A stretch of DNA of 64,000 nucleotides from Pseudomonadota bacterium (GCA_018821785.1 JAHJLI010000039.1:8878-72877); one strand, 5' to 3'. Counted from the stretch's first letter, positions 28,702 to 37,480 are shown. A program made the numbers and translations. The notes: generated by a model not told the origin, from the sequence alone.

Positions 28702-29031
28702 ATGCTGGCAAATTTGTCTGCAATGTTTGAAGGATCACTCTTTCAACCAGTCGAAAGCATAGACAAGGATATGATTTTTCACATAGACGACCACACCGAA
28801 ATCGATACAGAAAGAGATCTTTGTTCAGAGGAAAAACACATCCTCCAGAAATTGCTTTGCTATAAAATCCTGGTAACGTCAATGGAGGAGTTTCATGAAA
28901 AAACACAAAAAGCATTGCGTGTCGGCTGGAATAATTCCGGCCCTGTACGTGAAAGCCCGGCCTTAGCGAAGGTGATTCAGCAGCTGGAGAGAGAAACTCA
29001 CCGTCGTCTCACAAACAGTACTCCTCCCTGA
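28702..29031 (+). CDS. Hypothetical protein
   Basis: 109 aa ORF, divergent from the flavodoxin gene; no motif recognised. Confidence 0.55.
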   Translation: MLANLSAMFEGSLFQPVESIDKDMIFHIDDHTEIDTERDLCSEEKHILQKLLCYKILVTSMEEFHEKTQKALRVGWNNSGPVRESPALAKVIQQLERETHRRLTNSTPP

Positions 29032-29297
29032 AACTCCTGACAGGCTTCGACTGAATAACACATCTCATAGATTGAGGCTTGATTCAAGTAATAAGTGCAG
29101 TACGTGTGCCAAGAAAAACAAAGAGGAGATATCTGCTGTTTAATTTGCTTAAGATTGATAAACTCTTTATTGTTTTCATTAAAATAATTGCGAAAGCTGC
29201 CTTGAAAAAGTAGGCTGTGAATTATGTCTCCAGATGACTCTTTGTTGGAAATGCTTTTATTTACTCACGAGGAAAGTAATTTTTTGTCACCTATCAC

Positions 29298-30338
29298 ATG
29301 CTGGGAACACAAATGAGTGTCGGATTGAGAGTTGCGTTGGTTGTTTTTATGATGGGGATGGGGTGTATATTTTCCGGTGATGTACAGGCTACAGAAAAGC
29401 ACATTTCCTCTAAAGTCGTTGCGAAAAAGAACGCGGCAAAACCTGCTGCAAACAGGTTAGCCACAGTGCATGTGAAGAAGGCAATGACCTGCAAAATTGC
29501 CAAACCAATTTCTTCGGAGCCTGTTCCGAACTTTGGCCAACTCACTGTTCAGTCAGGGGCAGCTTTAGTCATTGAACAACACACTGGTGGTGTTGCACTT
29601 TTCCAGAAAAATGCCAACCAGATTGTGCCCATTGCCTCTATTACCAAATTGATGACTGCGATGGTGGTGCTGGATAGCTCGCCAAACTTGGACGCACCGA
29701 TTACAATCACTGATGACGATGTCGATTATTTACGAGGAAGCCGTTCTCGTTTGCCTATCGGTGCTATCATTTCCCGCGAAACTGCCTTGCTTTTGGCACT
29801 GATGTCTTCGGAGAACAGAGCAGCTAATGCACTAGCGCGCCATTATCCGGGCGGGATGCAGGCTTTTTTGTCGGCGATGAATAGTAAGGCTAAGGAACTC
29901 GGCATGTTGGATACCAGGTTTGAAGATCCAACTGGCCTTACCAGCAACAATGTTTCAACCGCAATTGACCTGGCCAAGATGGTTACTGCAGCCCACAAGT
30001 ATCAACTCATTCGGAAGTTTACGACTACAACAGAAGCGAAGGTTGATGTTGAAGGTCAGAATATGGCATATCGCAATACCAATCCCCTGGTGAGGAGCCC
30101 GGCTTGGGATGTGGGGCTTTCCAAGACAGGCTATATTAGTGAAGCAGGTAAGTGTCTTGTAATGCAGGCGCGCCTTGCTGAAAAACCCGTAGTCATTGTT
30201 CTTCTTGATTCAGCAGGCACGTTGACTCGTGTTGGCGATGCAAACCGGATCAAACACTGGATGGATAGCATTTACGCATCACATAAGGTGTCCGTGCAAA
30301 CCGTTGCTACACATAAACGTGGCTACAACCGGAGCTGA
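29298..30338 (+). CDS. pbpG: D-alanyl-D-alanine endopeptidase (PBP7, peptidase S11); exact start uncertain
   Basis: ASITKLMTA (SxxK), SSEN (SxN), SKTGYISEAG (KTG). Confidence 0.88.
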   Translation: MLGTQMSVGLRVALVVFMMGMGCIFSGDVQATEKHISSKVVAKKNAAKPAANRLATVHVKKAMTCKIAKPISSEPVPNFGQLTVQSGAALVIEQHTGGVALFQKNANQIVPIASITKLMTAMVVLDSSPNLDAPITITDDDVDYLRGSRSRLPIGAIISRETALLLALMSSENRAANALARHYPGGMQAFLSAMNSKAKELGMLDTRFEDPTGLTSNNVSTAIDLAKMVTAAHKYQLIRKFTTTTEAKVDVEGQNMAYRNTNPLVRSPAWDVGLSKTGYISEAGKCLVMQARLAEKPVVIVLLDSAGTLTRVGDANRIKHWMDSIYASHKVSVQTVATHKRGYNRS

Positions 30339-30473
30339 GTGGAGTTCAAGCCACTTCTCACCAGAGATTGATAGCTCCTTCCGAAATGTAATTTTTTTCC
30401 CGTTCCTGCTCTGTCGCGACAATGATGAGACTGCGCTTCATCTCCATGACAGTCCTGATGATTCCCTGAACTC

Positions 30474-31271
30474 TTATTCACCACACCATACAGGAGTACG
30501 CTTTTCCATAAAAGCGGCAATCCCTTCTTTTGCATCTCGACTCATCATATTCTCGACCATCACTTGACTACAATATTCATAAGCGCTTCTAATATCTTTA
30601 TCGACCTGATCATAGAACGCCTTTTTGCCAATCTTAAGGGTGAGCGAAGATTTAGAAGCAATTCTTGCAGCCAAGTCATCAGTCACTTGTTCAAGTTGTT
30701 CTAGTGGTACGACTCGGTTAACCAGTCCAATTTCATAAGCACGTTGAGCCGAAATCATATCGCCGCACAGTAACATTTCCATTGCATGTTTTCTGGCTAC
30801 ATTACGAGATAACGCAACCATAGGGGTAGAGCAAAATAATCCGATGTTTACTCCCGGCGTAGAAAAACGTGCATTTTCTTCCGCTACAGCCAGATCACAA
30901 CTGGCAACCAGCTGACAGCCCGCAGCAGTTGCAATTCCGTGGACTTTGGCAATTACAGGTTTAGGCAAATGGGTAATTGCCAACATCAGTGTTGAACAAG
31001 TCCGGAACGTTTTTTCGTAAAATGTGCGATCTGAGTTGCTGCTCATTTCCTTAAGATCGTGGCCTGCGCAAAATCCTTTTCCGGAACCTCCTAAAATTAC
31101 GACATTAACCGAAGAATCAGTTGAAAGGACTTCAAATTCTCTGATCAACGCCTCCATACATTCAACGGATAAAGAATTGTATGCTTTGGGTCTATTGATT
31201 GTTATGTAACAGATCTTGTTTTTATCCTCTCTGATAATAAGGGAATTAGAAGTGGCTTGAGTGTCAGTCAT
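30474..31271 (-). CDS. Enoyl-CoA hydratase/isomerase family protein
   Basis: FCAGHDLKEM, AKVHGIATAAGCQLVASCD, TPGVNIGLFC, AKEGIAAFMEKR. Confidence 0.9.
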   Translation of the reverse strand: MTDTQATSNSLIIREDKNKICYITINRPKAYNSLSVECMEALIREFEVLSTDSSVNVVILGGSGKGFCAGHDLKEMSSNSDRTFYEKTFRTCSTLMLAITHLPKPVIAKVHGIATAAGCQLVASCDLAVAEENARFSTPGVNIGLFCSTPMVALSRNVARKHAMEMLLCGDMISAQRAYEIGLVNRVVPLEQLEQVTDDLAARIASKSSLTLKIGKKAFYDQVDKDIRSAYEYCSQVMVENMMSRDAKEGIAAFMEKRTPVWCGE

Positions 31272-31335
31272 GATATTAGCTCCTTTTGTTGAGGTTTTTA
31301 TAAACCAATACTTTTCGTTTTACATAAATACTGTT

Positions 31336-31971
31336 TCAAATATATGCTACTGCCCTTACTGGGGAACCATCTGCATCTTCAAATTTTATTGGAAAGCAAG
31401 AAAAGTTAAAGGCAGATCCAGGCAAATGCAAAAGTTTGGTCAAATTCTCAACAATAATTATCTCTTTATGAAGCAGAATTTTATGAACCGGATAATCGTC
31501 AGATTCTGAATCATCCGCTGAAATAGTATCTAGACCTAGCCCTTTTAGCTTAAATTTACTCAACCATCTTGCAGCCTCTGTAGAGAGAACAGGATAATCA
31601 GAAAAGTACTTATCATCACCCCAATACTTGCTCCATCCAGTATGGATGAGTAAAAAATCAGTTTTTTCTATTTCTTTCCAATGAGGTTCTAATGATGAAA
31701 TATCTATTGTTTTTGATGAATCATTTTCAAAATTCAACCTAAGTCCAGTTCCATAAAAATGTTCAATTGCCAACATGTCGAGCGTCTGAGCATTTTTGAT
31801 TAAATGGGCTGGCGCATCAATATGCGTTCCTGTGTGTGAATACATTGTGATTTTTTTCTCAAGAAATCCAATTTCATCTATTGAGCATCCGGTTATGAAT
31901 ATCGGTTGCTCTGTGCCAGGATAAACAGGCATATTGGATGAAACAGTATGGCTTAAATCAACAATTCTCAT
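31336..31971 (-). CDS. Cyclase / kynurenine formamidase-like metal hydrolase
   Basis: MRIVDLSH, HTGTHIDAPAH (HxGTHxDxPxH), IVENL, DGSPVRAVA; ATG 31971 lies just after an attC-like site. Confidence 0.88.
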   Translation of the reverse strand: MRIVDLSHTVSSNMPVYPGTEQPIFITGCSIDEIGFLEKKITMYSHTGTHIDAPAHLIKNAQTLDMLAIEHFYGTGLRLNFENDSSKTIDISSLEPHWKEIEKTDFLLIHTGWSKYWGDDKYFSDYPVLSTEAARWLSKFKLKGLGLDTISADDSESDDYPVHKILLHKEIIIVENLTKLLHLPGSAFNFSCFPIKFEDADGSPVRAVAYI

Positions 31972-31993
31972 ATTGATATCTCTTTGTTTGGTT

Positions 31994-32060
31994 AAATAGC
32001 GCTTGAATTCACCGGCGCAGCGCACCATTATCGCTCAGCGCCGGTGGAATGATGGTAGGC
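31994..32060 (-). other. attC-like site (degenerate cores)
   Basis: Minus strand GCCTACC-ATCATTCCACCGGCGCTGAGCGATAATGGTGCGCTGCGCCGGTGAATTCAAGC-GCTATTT; perfect 9 bp inner stem CACCGGCGC/GCGCCGGTG. Confidence 0.65.
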
Positions 32061-32103
32061 TGACCGAGCGAAATGAACAAAAGCAGGTACCATATCGGTT
32101 AGA

Positions 32104-32745
32104 CTACTCATTTAGATAGATTTCCACACGCTCTTTGCCTTTGCCGATATTGTCTCGTTTCAGTTTAATTGAGCCGATCTCTCCTGTGCGCCTCACATGT
32201 GTGCCGCCGCATGATACACGTGCCAGCCCTTCGATCTCCCAATATCGCCTTTCATTGGCCTCATCATCGAATCCTGTCAGGATTTCAAGATCTGATCTGA
32301 TGATCCTGTTTGCTTCCTCAGCAAATTTCGGCAAAAAAGAAGAGATGCTTTGAGGCCATGCAAAATCGATTCGAGCCTTGTTTTGAGCAATGTGAGCCCC
32401 GACCTTCTCAACCCCATCGAGTTCTTTGTAAAAGAGTTCTAAAACCAGTTCTGCTGCAAAATGTAGCCGCATCAGTCGATATCGTCTGGCCCAATCAATC
32501 TCGATACCGACATTCTGCCCAAGGCTCAAGCCATGTTCTGGAGGCAGGGTGTACACAATCTCAAGCCCATCCTTCCGGGCAGATACAACGGGGATGCCTT
32601 TGATAGTTCCGTAGTCGCTCTCTTGACCACCAGAGAGCGCGAAAAAAATTGTTGATTCAAGCGTGATGTCAGAGCCATTGACTGAGGAGACGACAGTTTC
32701 ATGGCGTGTGCAATACGGATCCAGCCAAAATGCCTTTTGGGTCAT
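32104..32745 (-). CDS. alaX: Free-standing alanyl-tRNA editing protein (AlaX family)
   Basis: LESTIFFALSGGQESDYG, RLMRLHFAAE, SCGGTHV, KGKERVEI. Confidence 0.85.
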   Translation of the reverse strand: MTQKAFWLDPYCTRHETVVSSVNGSDITLESTIFFALSGGQESDYGTIKGIPVVSARKDGLEIVYTLPPEHGLSLGQNVGIEIDWARRYRLMRLHFAAELVLELFYKELDGVEKVGAHIAQNKARIDFAWPQSISSFLPKFAEEANRIIRSDLEILTGFDDEANERRYWEIEGLARVSCGGTHVRRTGEIGSIKLKRDNIGKGKERVEIYLNE

Positions 32746-32769
32746 ACGTTGTCGCATAGAGCTCCTGAA

Positions 32770-32832
32770 GCCCAAGGGTCCCGTTGAGCGGTGCGCCGCT
32801 TCAGGCGCGTCCACTGCAACGTCTGGTTTATC
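32770..32832 (-). other. attC-like site (degenerate R')
   Basis: Minus strand GATAAAC-CAGACGTTGCAGTGGACGCGCCTGAAGCGGCGCACCGCTCAACGGGACC-CTTGGGC. Confidence 0.55.
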
Positions 32833-32911
32833 ACGTGCATTATCTTGTCGGAAAATGTTAAAAAATGATATCCCAATTTTTCCCGCCTAAGCAACAATCG
32901 TTTCAGAAGCG

Positions 32912-33895
32912 TTAAAGCACTTTCAACAACTCGATAATTTTTACTTTCACTTTCGCTCCGTATTTGCCATCGACGAGCAACTGATGTGAGGCCTGGAACA
33001 GTTTGAGGGTGCTTCTTGTCTTTGGCCCGAATTTCCCGTCGACAGTAAGAGGAACAGCTTGAGGAAAAGTCTTGTTCAAAGCCGTCTGCAACCATTTGAT
33101 CGCATAAATTGAGCTAAAACCGAGGGGCTCCCAGTCAAGAGATATTGCGACCACTCGTTTGTCAAAATCAGGAAAGTTCGCTTGACTAAAAACCGTTTTT
33201 TCACTGGTCTGAGGCAGTGTCAGATGAATTTCACTGATCTCTACATAGGTGCTATCCGTATCCTTTCCCGTAAGAGAATAAAGATAGTTCGAATCGATAC
33301 AGTCGAAACCCCAACACGAATTGATCTGCGACACATGAAGCCTAGTCAGCTGTCCGGTGACCCCACTGTCCCCCGCATCGGAATATTTGTAATAGCAGCA
33401 GGGAATACTGTTGCCGTTTGAAACAAACAGCGTTGTCCCCATATCAAAGGCGAAAACACCAGGCTCTAGACCGGTAGCAATATCTGGTCCGCCAGGGTTG
33501 CAAGGGTCTGGCATCGTTAATTGATTTTTATTGTAAGAATGGTAGACAACCGCCACGCCGTTTTGAATCATATAGATAGTCGTTCCATTTCCGCCGGAGG
33601 TGCTGAAATAGAGATTGTGCTCCCCATTGTACTTTCTATAGGCAATATCCCTGAGGAAAACATTATTGTTTTGGGTCGAGTAGAGACTCAGCGTCGTTTT
33701 CAGCGCAAGGTCGATAAGCAAAATATCATGATGGCGGCAAATATAGAGTTGGTTTCCCTGACCAACCGCCACACTCACTATGGTATGCAAATTGGATTGA
33801 AAGACAGGAAATTCCTTAAGATCGCAAATAAGTATGCAGATTCCTTCTTCCACTCTGTAAATTTTCCCGAGCTTAAGATACACAAAAGAAACCAT
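32912..33895 (-). CDS. Hypothetical protein with C-terminal peptidoglycan-binding (PG_binding_1-like) domain
   Basis: C-terminus IKWLQTALNK...VDGKFGPKTRSTLKLFQASHQLLVDGKYG; beta-rich N-terminal region; AGGAGG RBS. Confidence 0.75.
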   Translation of the reverse strand: MVSFVYLKLGKIYRVEEGICILICDLKEFPVFQSNLHTIVSVAVGQGNQLYICRHHDILLIDLALKTTLSLYSTQNNNVFLRDIAYRKYNGEHNLYFSTSGGNGTTIYMIQNGVAVVYHSYNKNQLTMPDPCNPGGPDIATGLEPGVFAFDMGTTLFVSNGNSIPCCYYKYSDAGDSGVTGQLTRLHVSQINSCWGFDCIDSNYLYSLTGKDTDSTYVEISEIHLTLPQTSEKTVFSQANFPDFDKRVVAISLDWEPLGFSSIYAIKWLQTALNKTFPQAVPLTVDGKFGPKTRSTLKLFQASHQLLVDGKYGAKVKVKIIELLKVL

Positions 33896-33955
33896 TTTCC
33901 CCTCCTAAGTTGAATCGATCGGCGGATTGACGATGAGATCATTCTCATCGCGTGA

Positions 33956-34012
33956 GCACAACGTGGCGGCTCTGGGGCGGCGAGGTACAAGCCGACCTTA
34001 AGAGCCTATTTT
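33956..34012 (-). other. attC-like remnant (R' intact, R'' lost)
   Basis: Minus strand ...GGCTCTTAAGGTCGGCTTGTACCTCGCCGCCCCAGAGCCGCCAC-GTTGTGC. Confidence 0.5.
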
Positions 34013-34024
34013 TTCTGCATTTTA

Positions 34025-34447
34025 TTACACTTTCCATGTGCCGATCGCCAAGAATATTGTTCCGGCACAACAAAACATGATGTCTGCCCAATACGAGACA
34101 GGTTCTGTCTCACGAAAATAGATACGGTTGCGCCCCCTCGAAGAAAAACCATTACAGATATCCACATGCGCAATGAGAAGAAATGGAATCGCCATAATGG
34201 TGGTGATAATGCCCAAAATATTTTTTCGGAAAAAGATTGCCAGAACACCATTTATTAAAAGCACCGCCAAAAGTGTCCCGATGATCAAAAGGGCATGACC
34301 TTTAAAGAATTCGCGTCGCCATAATGGGCCACGCATTGGAGGACGTTTCCAAACTGAGAAAGATTTTAAGTAATCACATTCTGTTTGATTATCATTTGTA
34401 CTTGACTCAATTTGCCTTAGTTTTTTTTCTCTCGATTTCTTTCCCAT
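34025..34447 (-). CDS. Hypothetical membrane protein
   Basis: MGKKSREKK start 7 nt after an attC-like site; about three hydrophobic segments. Confidence 0.65.
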   Translation of the reverse strand: MGKKSREKKLRQIESSTNDNQTECDYLKSFSVWKRPPMRGPLWRREFFKGHALLIIGTLLAVLLINGVLAIFFRKNILGIITTIMAIPFLLIAHVDICNGFSSRGRNRIYFRETEPVSYWADIMFCCAGTIFLAIGTWKV

Positions 34448-34453
34448 GATATT

Positions 34454-34500
34454 CTGCAACGGCAAATGCACCAGCTTGACTGGTGCATTTTATTGTTAGT
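34454..34500 (-). other. Short attC-like site
   Basis: Minus strand ACTAAC-AATAAAATGCACCAGTCAAGCTGGTGCATTTGCC-GTTGCAG; perfect stem AAATGCACCAG/CTGGTGCATTT. Confidence 0.5.
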
Positions 34501-34577
34501 AGCGATTTGACAATCGCCGAATGTCCACAATTCAAGCCTGACCCATCGACCCATCATTTTCTCTCTGGCCAGGTGGT

Positions 34578-34622
34578 TTGGTGGTGTGGTAGCCGGGGGA
34601 ATTTCTCCCCCGGCTACCCAAT
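34578..34622 (+). mobile_element. Group IIC intron 3'-end remnant (end of DV + DVI)
   Basis: TTGGTGGTGTGG...GCCGGGGGAATTTCTCCCCCGGCTACCCAAT; near-identical to 36335-36379. Confidence 0.7.
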
Positions 34623-34774
34623 TGGTCTTCCGGCCGTAAGGATTCTGCTTCACAACGCCTTCTTCACGTCGTAACCGCACTCGCGATCGACCGGGTCACA
34701 GAACGCACGACTATCGTCGACGCTTGGCTCACTCACAGGACATCGGTGGTCTCCATCAAAAGCACAGGAGGCAC

Positions 34775-35506
34775 CTACCAGGGCATGCGCTCGCCTTTGT
34801 GACGCAGCTGGCCATGTGGAAATTGCTCGCGGGTGATGGTCACCAGCTCGACGGCCGTGCTCGCGCCCTCGTCGACCTCCATCGGCGCAGCCTGGCTCCC
34901 GAGATCGGTTTTCACCCATCCGGGATGGGCAGCGGCGACCGCTATCCCTTTGCTCGCCAGCGTTTTTGATTGAATCAGTGTGAGCATGTCGAGCCCGGCC
35001 TTCGAGGTCGAGTATCCCACGGCCATGAAGCCCCCGATTTCCTCCCACATGCTCTCGGCGGCACCCATCGAACCGAGCATCGACGACTGGTTGATTACCC
35101 GAGCGTCGTCGCTGCGCGAGAGGAGGGGAACGAGGGCCTCGGTGATCGCGTAGGGTGCGATGAGGTTGACCTCGAGGGTGCGGCGAATCTTGTCAGCATT
35201 GGTCGGCTTTCCGTCCCACTCAAGGGCGATCCCGGCGTTATTCACGAGCACGTCCAGCTTGCCGAAAGTCGTCTCGAGATAGCTCACAAGGCTGGCGATG
35301 TGGTCGGGGTTGGTGACCTCGAGACGAACAGTGTGGGCGTCGCACCCTGCAGCCACGAGTTCCGCCACAGCCGCACCCCCCGCCTGCTCGTCCCTCGCCG
35401 TGATGACCACCGTGTATCCGAGAGCGCCCAGCTGCCGCCCGATCTCCTTGCCCAAGCCCTTGTTCGCTCCCGTGATGAGCACTACCTTGCCGTTCTTCGT
35501 TGCCAT
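34775..35506 (-). CDS. SDR family oxidoreductase (carbonyl reductase-like)
   Basis: TGANKGLG, LDVLVNNAG, YSTSK, HPGWVKTD; AGGAGG RBS; high GC. Confidence 0.9.
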   Translation of the reverse strand: MATKNGKVVLITGANKGLGKEIGRQLGALGYTVVITARDEQAGGAAVAELVAAGCDAHTVRLEVTNPDHIASLVSYLETTFGKLDVLVNNAGIALEWDGKPTNADKIRRTLEVNLIAPYAITEALVPLLSRSDDARVINQSSMLGSMGAAESMWEEIGGFMAVGYSTSKAGLDMLTLIQSKTLASKGIAVAAAHPGWVKTDLGSQAAPMEVDEGASTAVELVTITREQFPHGQLRHKGERMPW

Positions 35507-35609
35507 GCTTACGTCCTCCTTACTGCCGCCTGGTGTGTTCACCCTTTGAGCGCGAAGGCGCGGCTACCCCCACACGGGCAAGGGTGGAATCTGGGCTCAA
35601 CGCCAGTCC

Positions 35610-35680
35610 ACCCAACGACTCCGGTCACTGGTTGCCATGGAGCGAAGCGGAATGGCAATCCGGTGCACTGGTTTTTTAAA
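35610..35680 (-). other. attC-like site (R'' mutated)
   Basis: Minus strand TTTAAAA-AACCAGTGCACCGGATTGCCATTCCGCTTCGCTCCATGGCAACCAGTGACCGGAGTC-GTTGGGT. Confidence 0.65.
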
Positions 35681-35684
35681 CATC

Positions 35685-36149
35685 CTATCGTAAACGTAAC
35701 GAATAGAGGTAGTCCGCTCCGTTATCGGGCTTCTTAGACTGCCTTATCCATCCATACGATTCATATAGACTTATGGCCGCTGTCATATTCCTGTTTGTTG
35801 TCAATACAACCTCTTCATATCCACCCTCAATAGCTGTAAACAGCAAAGTTCTAATTAGCATATGTCCAACTCCCTGCCCCCGAAAACTTGACCTCACATA
35901 GAAGCCGGTCATTTCTGCGACAGAAGAGGGTCTCGGTCTCAGGATGATGGATCCTACAATCTGTTCCTCATCAAACGCGACGAATTCATGAAAAGGGATT
36001 TCTTTCTCTTGACCAAATTTGGCCAAAGCATGATCAATATTCTCAGGGTCTGGTTCTATGCCCAAGGCTCTCATAATTTCAAAGGCAAAAGCCGTCACCT
36101 CTTCATTATCTTCAGGCCTGGCTTTACGAATCTGTATATTGGATTTCAT
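35685..36149 (-). CDS. GNAT family acetyltransferase
   Basis: IRKARPED, FYVRSSFRGQGVGHMLI (motif A), NMTAAISLYESYGW. Confidence 0.88.
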   Translation of the reverse strand: MKSNIQIRKARPEDNEEVTAFAFEIMRALGIEPDPENIDHALAKFGQEKEIPFHEFVAFDEEQIVGSIILRPRPSSVAEMTGFYVRSSFRGQGVGHMLIRTLLFTAIEGGYEEVVLTTNRNMTAAISLYESYGWIRQSKKPDNGADYLYSLRLR

Positions 36150-36239
36150 AGGTTTTTAGCTTGTTAATCACAGATTCATTCGAAGCATTATTATGTTATA
36201 CAATTAAACTGTTACCTCATTGCTTTCGGTATTTTCTGC

Positions 36240-36379
36240 AGTTGTCGCCTTCTTGCTGTCAAAGAGCTGCGGATATACTTCATCCGGCTACGGTCCGATG
36301 TTCTATGGGAACCGCCAAGTGCGGACCCGCTTGCTTGGTGGTGTGGGGGCTGGGGGAGAAAAACCCCCGGCTACCCGAT
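36240..36379 (+). mobile_element. Group IIC intron 3'-end remnant (possible ORF tail + DV + DVI)
   Basis: DV GAACCGCCAAGTGCGGACCCGCTTGCTTGGTGGTGT (36309-36344): stem ACCGCCAAG/CTTGGTGGT, class-C CGC triad. DVI GGGGGCTGGGGGAGAAAAACCCCCGGCT-A-CCCGAT with bulged A and terminal AT. Confidence 0.85.
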
Positions 36380-36414
36380 TGTCTTTTGTCTAACTAAATG
36401 ATATCGAAAACCTT

Positions 36415-37383
36415 TTACTCAACAAGAATTAAATCAATACGGTTTTTGTTGCTGTCTGCTATTGAATGAATCGCTACCCGAATATGTTCGCCTTGCTTAA
36501 AACGAGTAGAAAAATCGCTCACCAGTGTAGACCTGGGAATTATTCCTTCTGTTCCTGTTTGCAGGGAAATAAAAACCCCCTCTTTTGGACTAATCTTTTT
36601 GACAATCCCTTTGGCAATCAGCGCATTCGTTGATGCAGTTATAATTGAACGCTTTGGAAAATGAGAGTCGGTCCCCTGCCTAGTCGAAATTACCGGCGCT
36701 GTTTTTGATGATAATGCTCGATCATCTTCTTTCTCTATGAGGCGATAAGTTTCTTTGTTATTGCTATGGTTAAATGCTTGGAACAGTCCTTTGGCAGCAT
36801 TTTGATAAGGTAAATATGCCTCTTGATGGGTCAACACAGTAAACCATATAATTCCATGACCTGTAACAATTAGCCAAAAAACTAATTGACAGGGAAGTTT
36901 TTGTATTTTGTGCCGAAAAAAAATCTGCGCAAGCAATGCGCCAGGCCAACCGCCTAATGTCTCCAAAAGGTGCAATCTTTTTTCAGGAGTTCGTTGTAGC
37001 CCTGCTTGAGCTGCGCGCTTATCTAAACTATATACCCAAATTGTCAGCAAACTCATGGCGGCATAAATTGAGAGGAGATGAAAAGGAAGAATTCGTTGAA
37101 AGACCAAGCACACATAAATTACAAAGAACAGGGAAAGACAAAGCCAGATGAAGGTAAAATATGACCATGCCAGGCCTTTGATTTTAGGGGAGGATGCGTA
37201 TAACCGTTTTTTCTCATCCACCTTGTCTTCATATGTCAACACGTCACCATTTTTTGGTCGACGTTGGTAATGAGGTAATGATTTGACATGGAAAAAAGCA
37301 TCCTTCGTCCCATTAGTTGGACAAATAAATCCGTATCCCTTGTCATCATCCCAACGTGTAAGGGTGCCTTGTTTTCGCTCCAT
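36415..37383 (-). CDS. Cold-shock domain + DUF1294 + C-terminal S1-like domain protein
   Basis: GTLTRWDDDKGYGFI...AFFHVKSL; YSLDKRAAQ...RTPEKRLHLLETLGGWPGALLAQIFFRHK; C-terminal GIVKKI...GVFISL..GTEGIIPRSTL...FKQGEHIRVAI...RIDL. Confidence 0.8.
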   Translation of the reverse strand: MERKQGTLTRWDDDKGYGFICPTNGTKDAFFHVKSLPHYQRRPKNGDVLTYEDKVDEKKRLYASSPKIKGLAWSYFTFIWLCLSLFFVIYVCLVFQRILPFHLLSIYAAMSLLTIWVYSLDKRAAQAGLQRTPEKRLHLLETLGGWPGALLAQIFFRHKIQKLPCQLVFWLIVTGHGIIWFTVLTHQEAYLPYQNAAKGLFQAFNHSNNKETYRLIEKEDDRALSSKTAPVISTRQGTDSHFPKRSIITASTNALIAKGIVKKISPKEGVFISLQTGTEGIIPRSTLVSDFSTRFKQGEHIRVAIHSIADSNKNRIDLILVE

Positions 37384-37416
37384 ACACTCCGTTCCTCGTT
37401 TGTCTTTTTACGGTAA

Positions 37417-37480
37417 AAGCAACGCGCTGCTCACCGGACCCGCGTCGTTTGCAGTGTCCGCGGGGAGCAGGAGGTTAAAT
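37417..37480 (-). other. attC-like site
   Basis: Minus strand ATTTAAC-CTCCTGCTCCCCGCGGACACTGCAAACGACGCGGGTCCGGTGAGCAGCGC-GTTGCTT; the TAA in R'' is the stop of the upstream frame. Confidence 0.7.

Noticed and set aside
34970-35737. 255 aa plus-strand ORF opposite the SDR
   Set aside because: Antisense shadow of a high-GC gene with clear SDR motifs on the minus strand.
36161-36397. 78 aa ORF as a protein-coding gene
   Set aside because: Better explained as read-through of the group II intron DV/DVI remnant.
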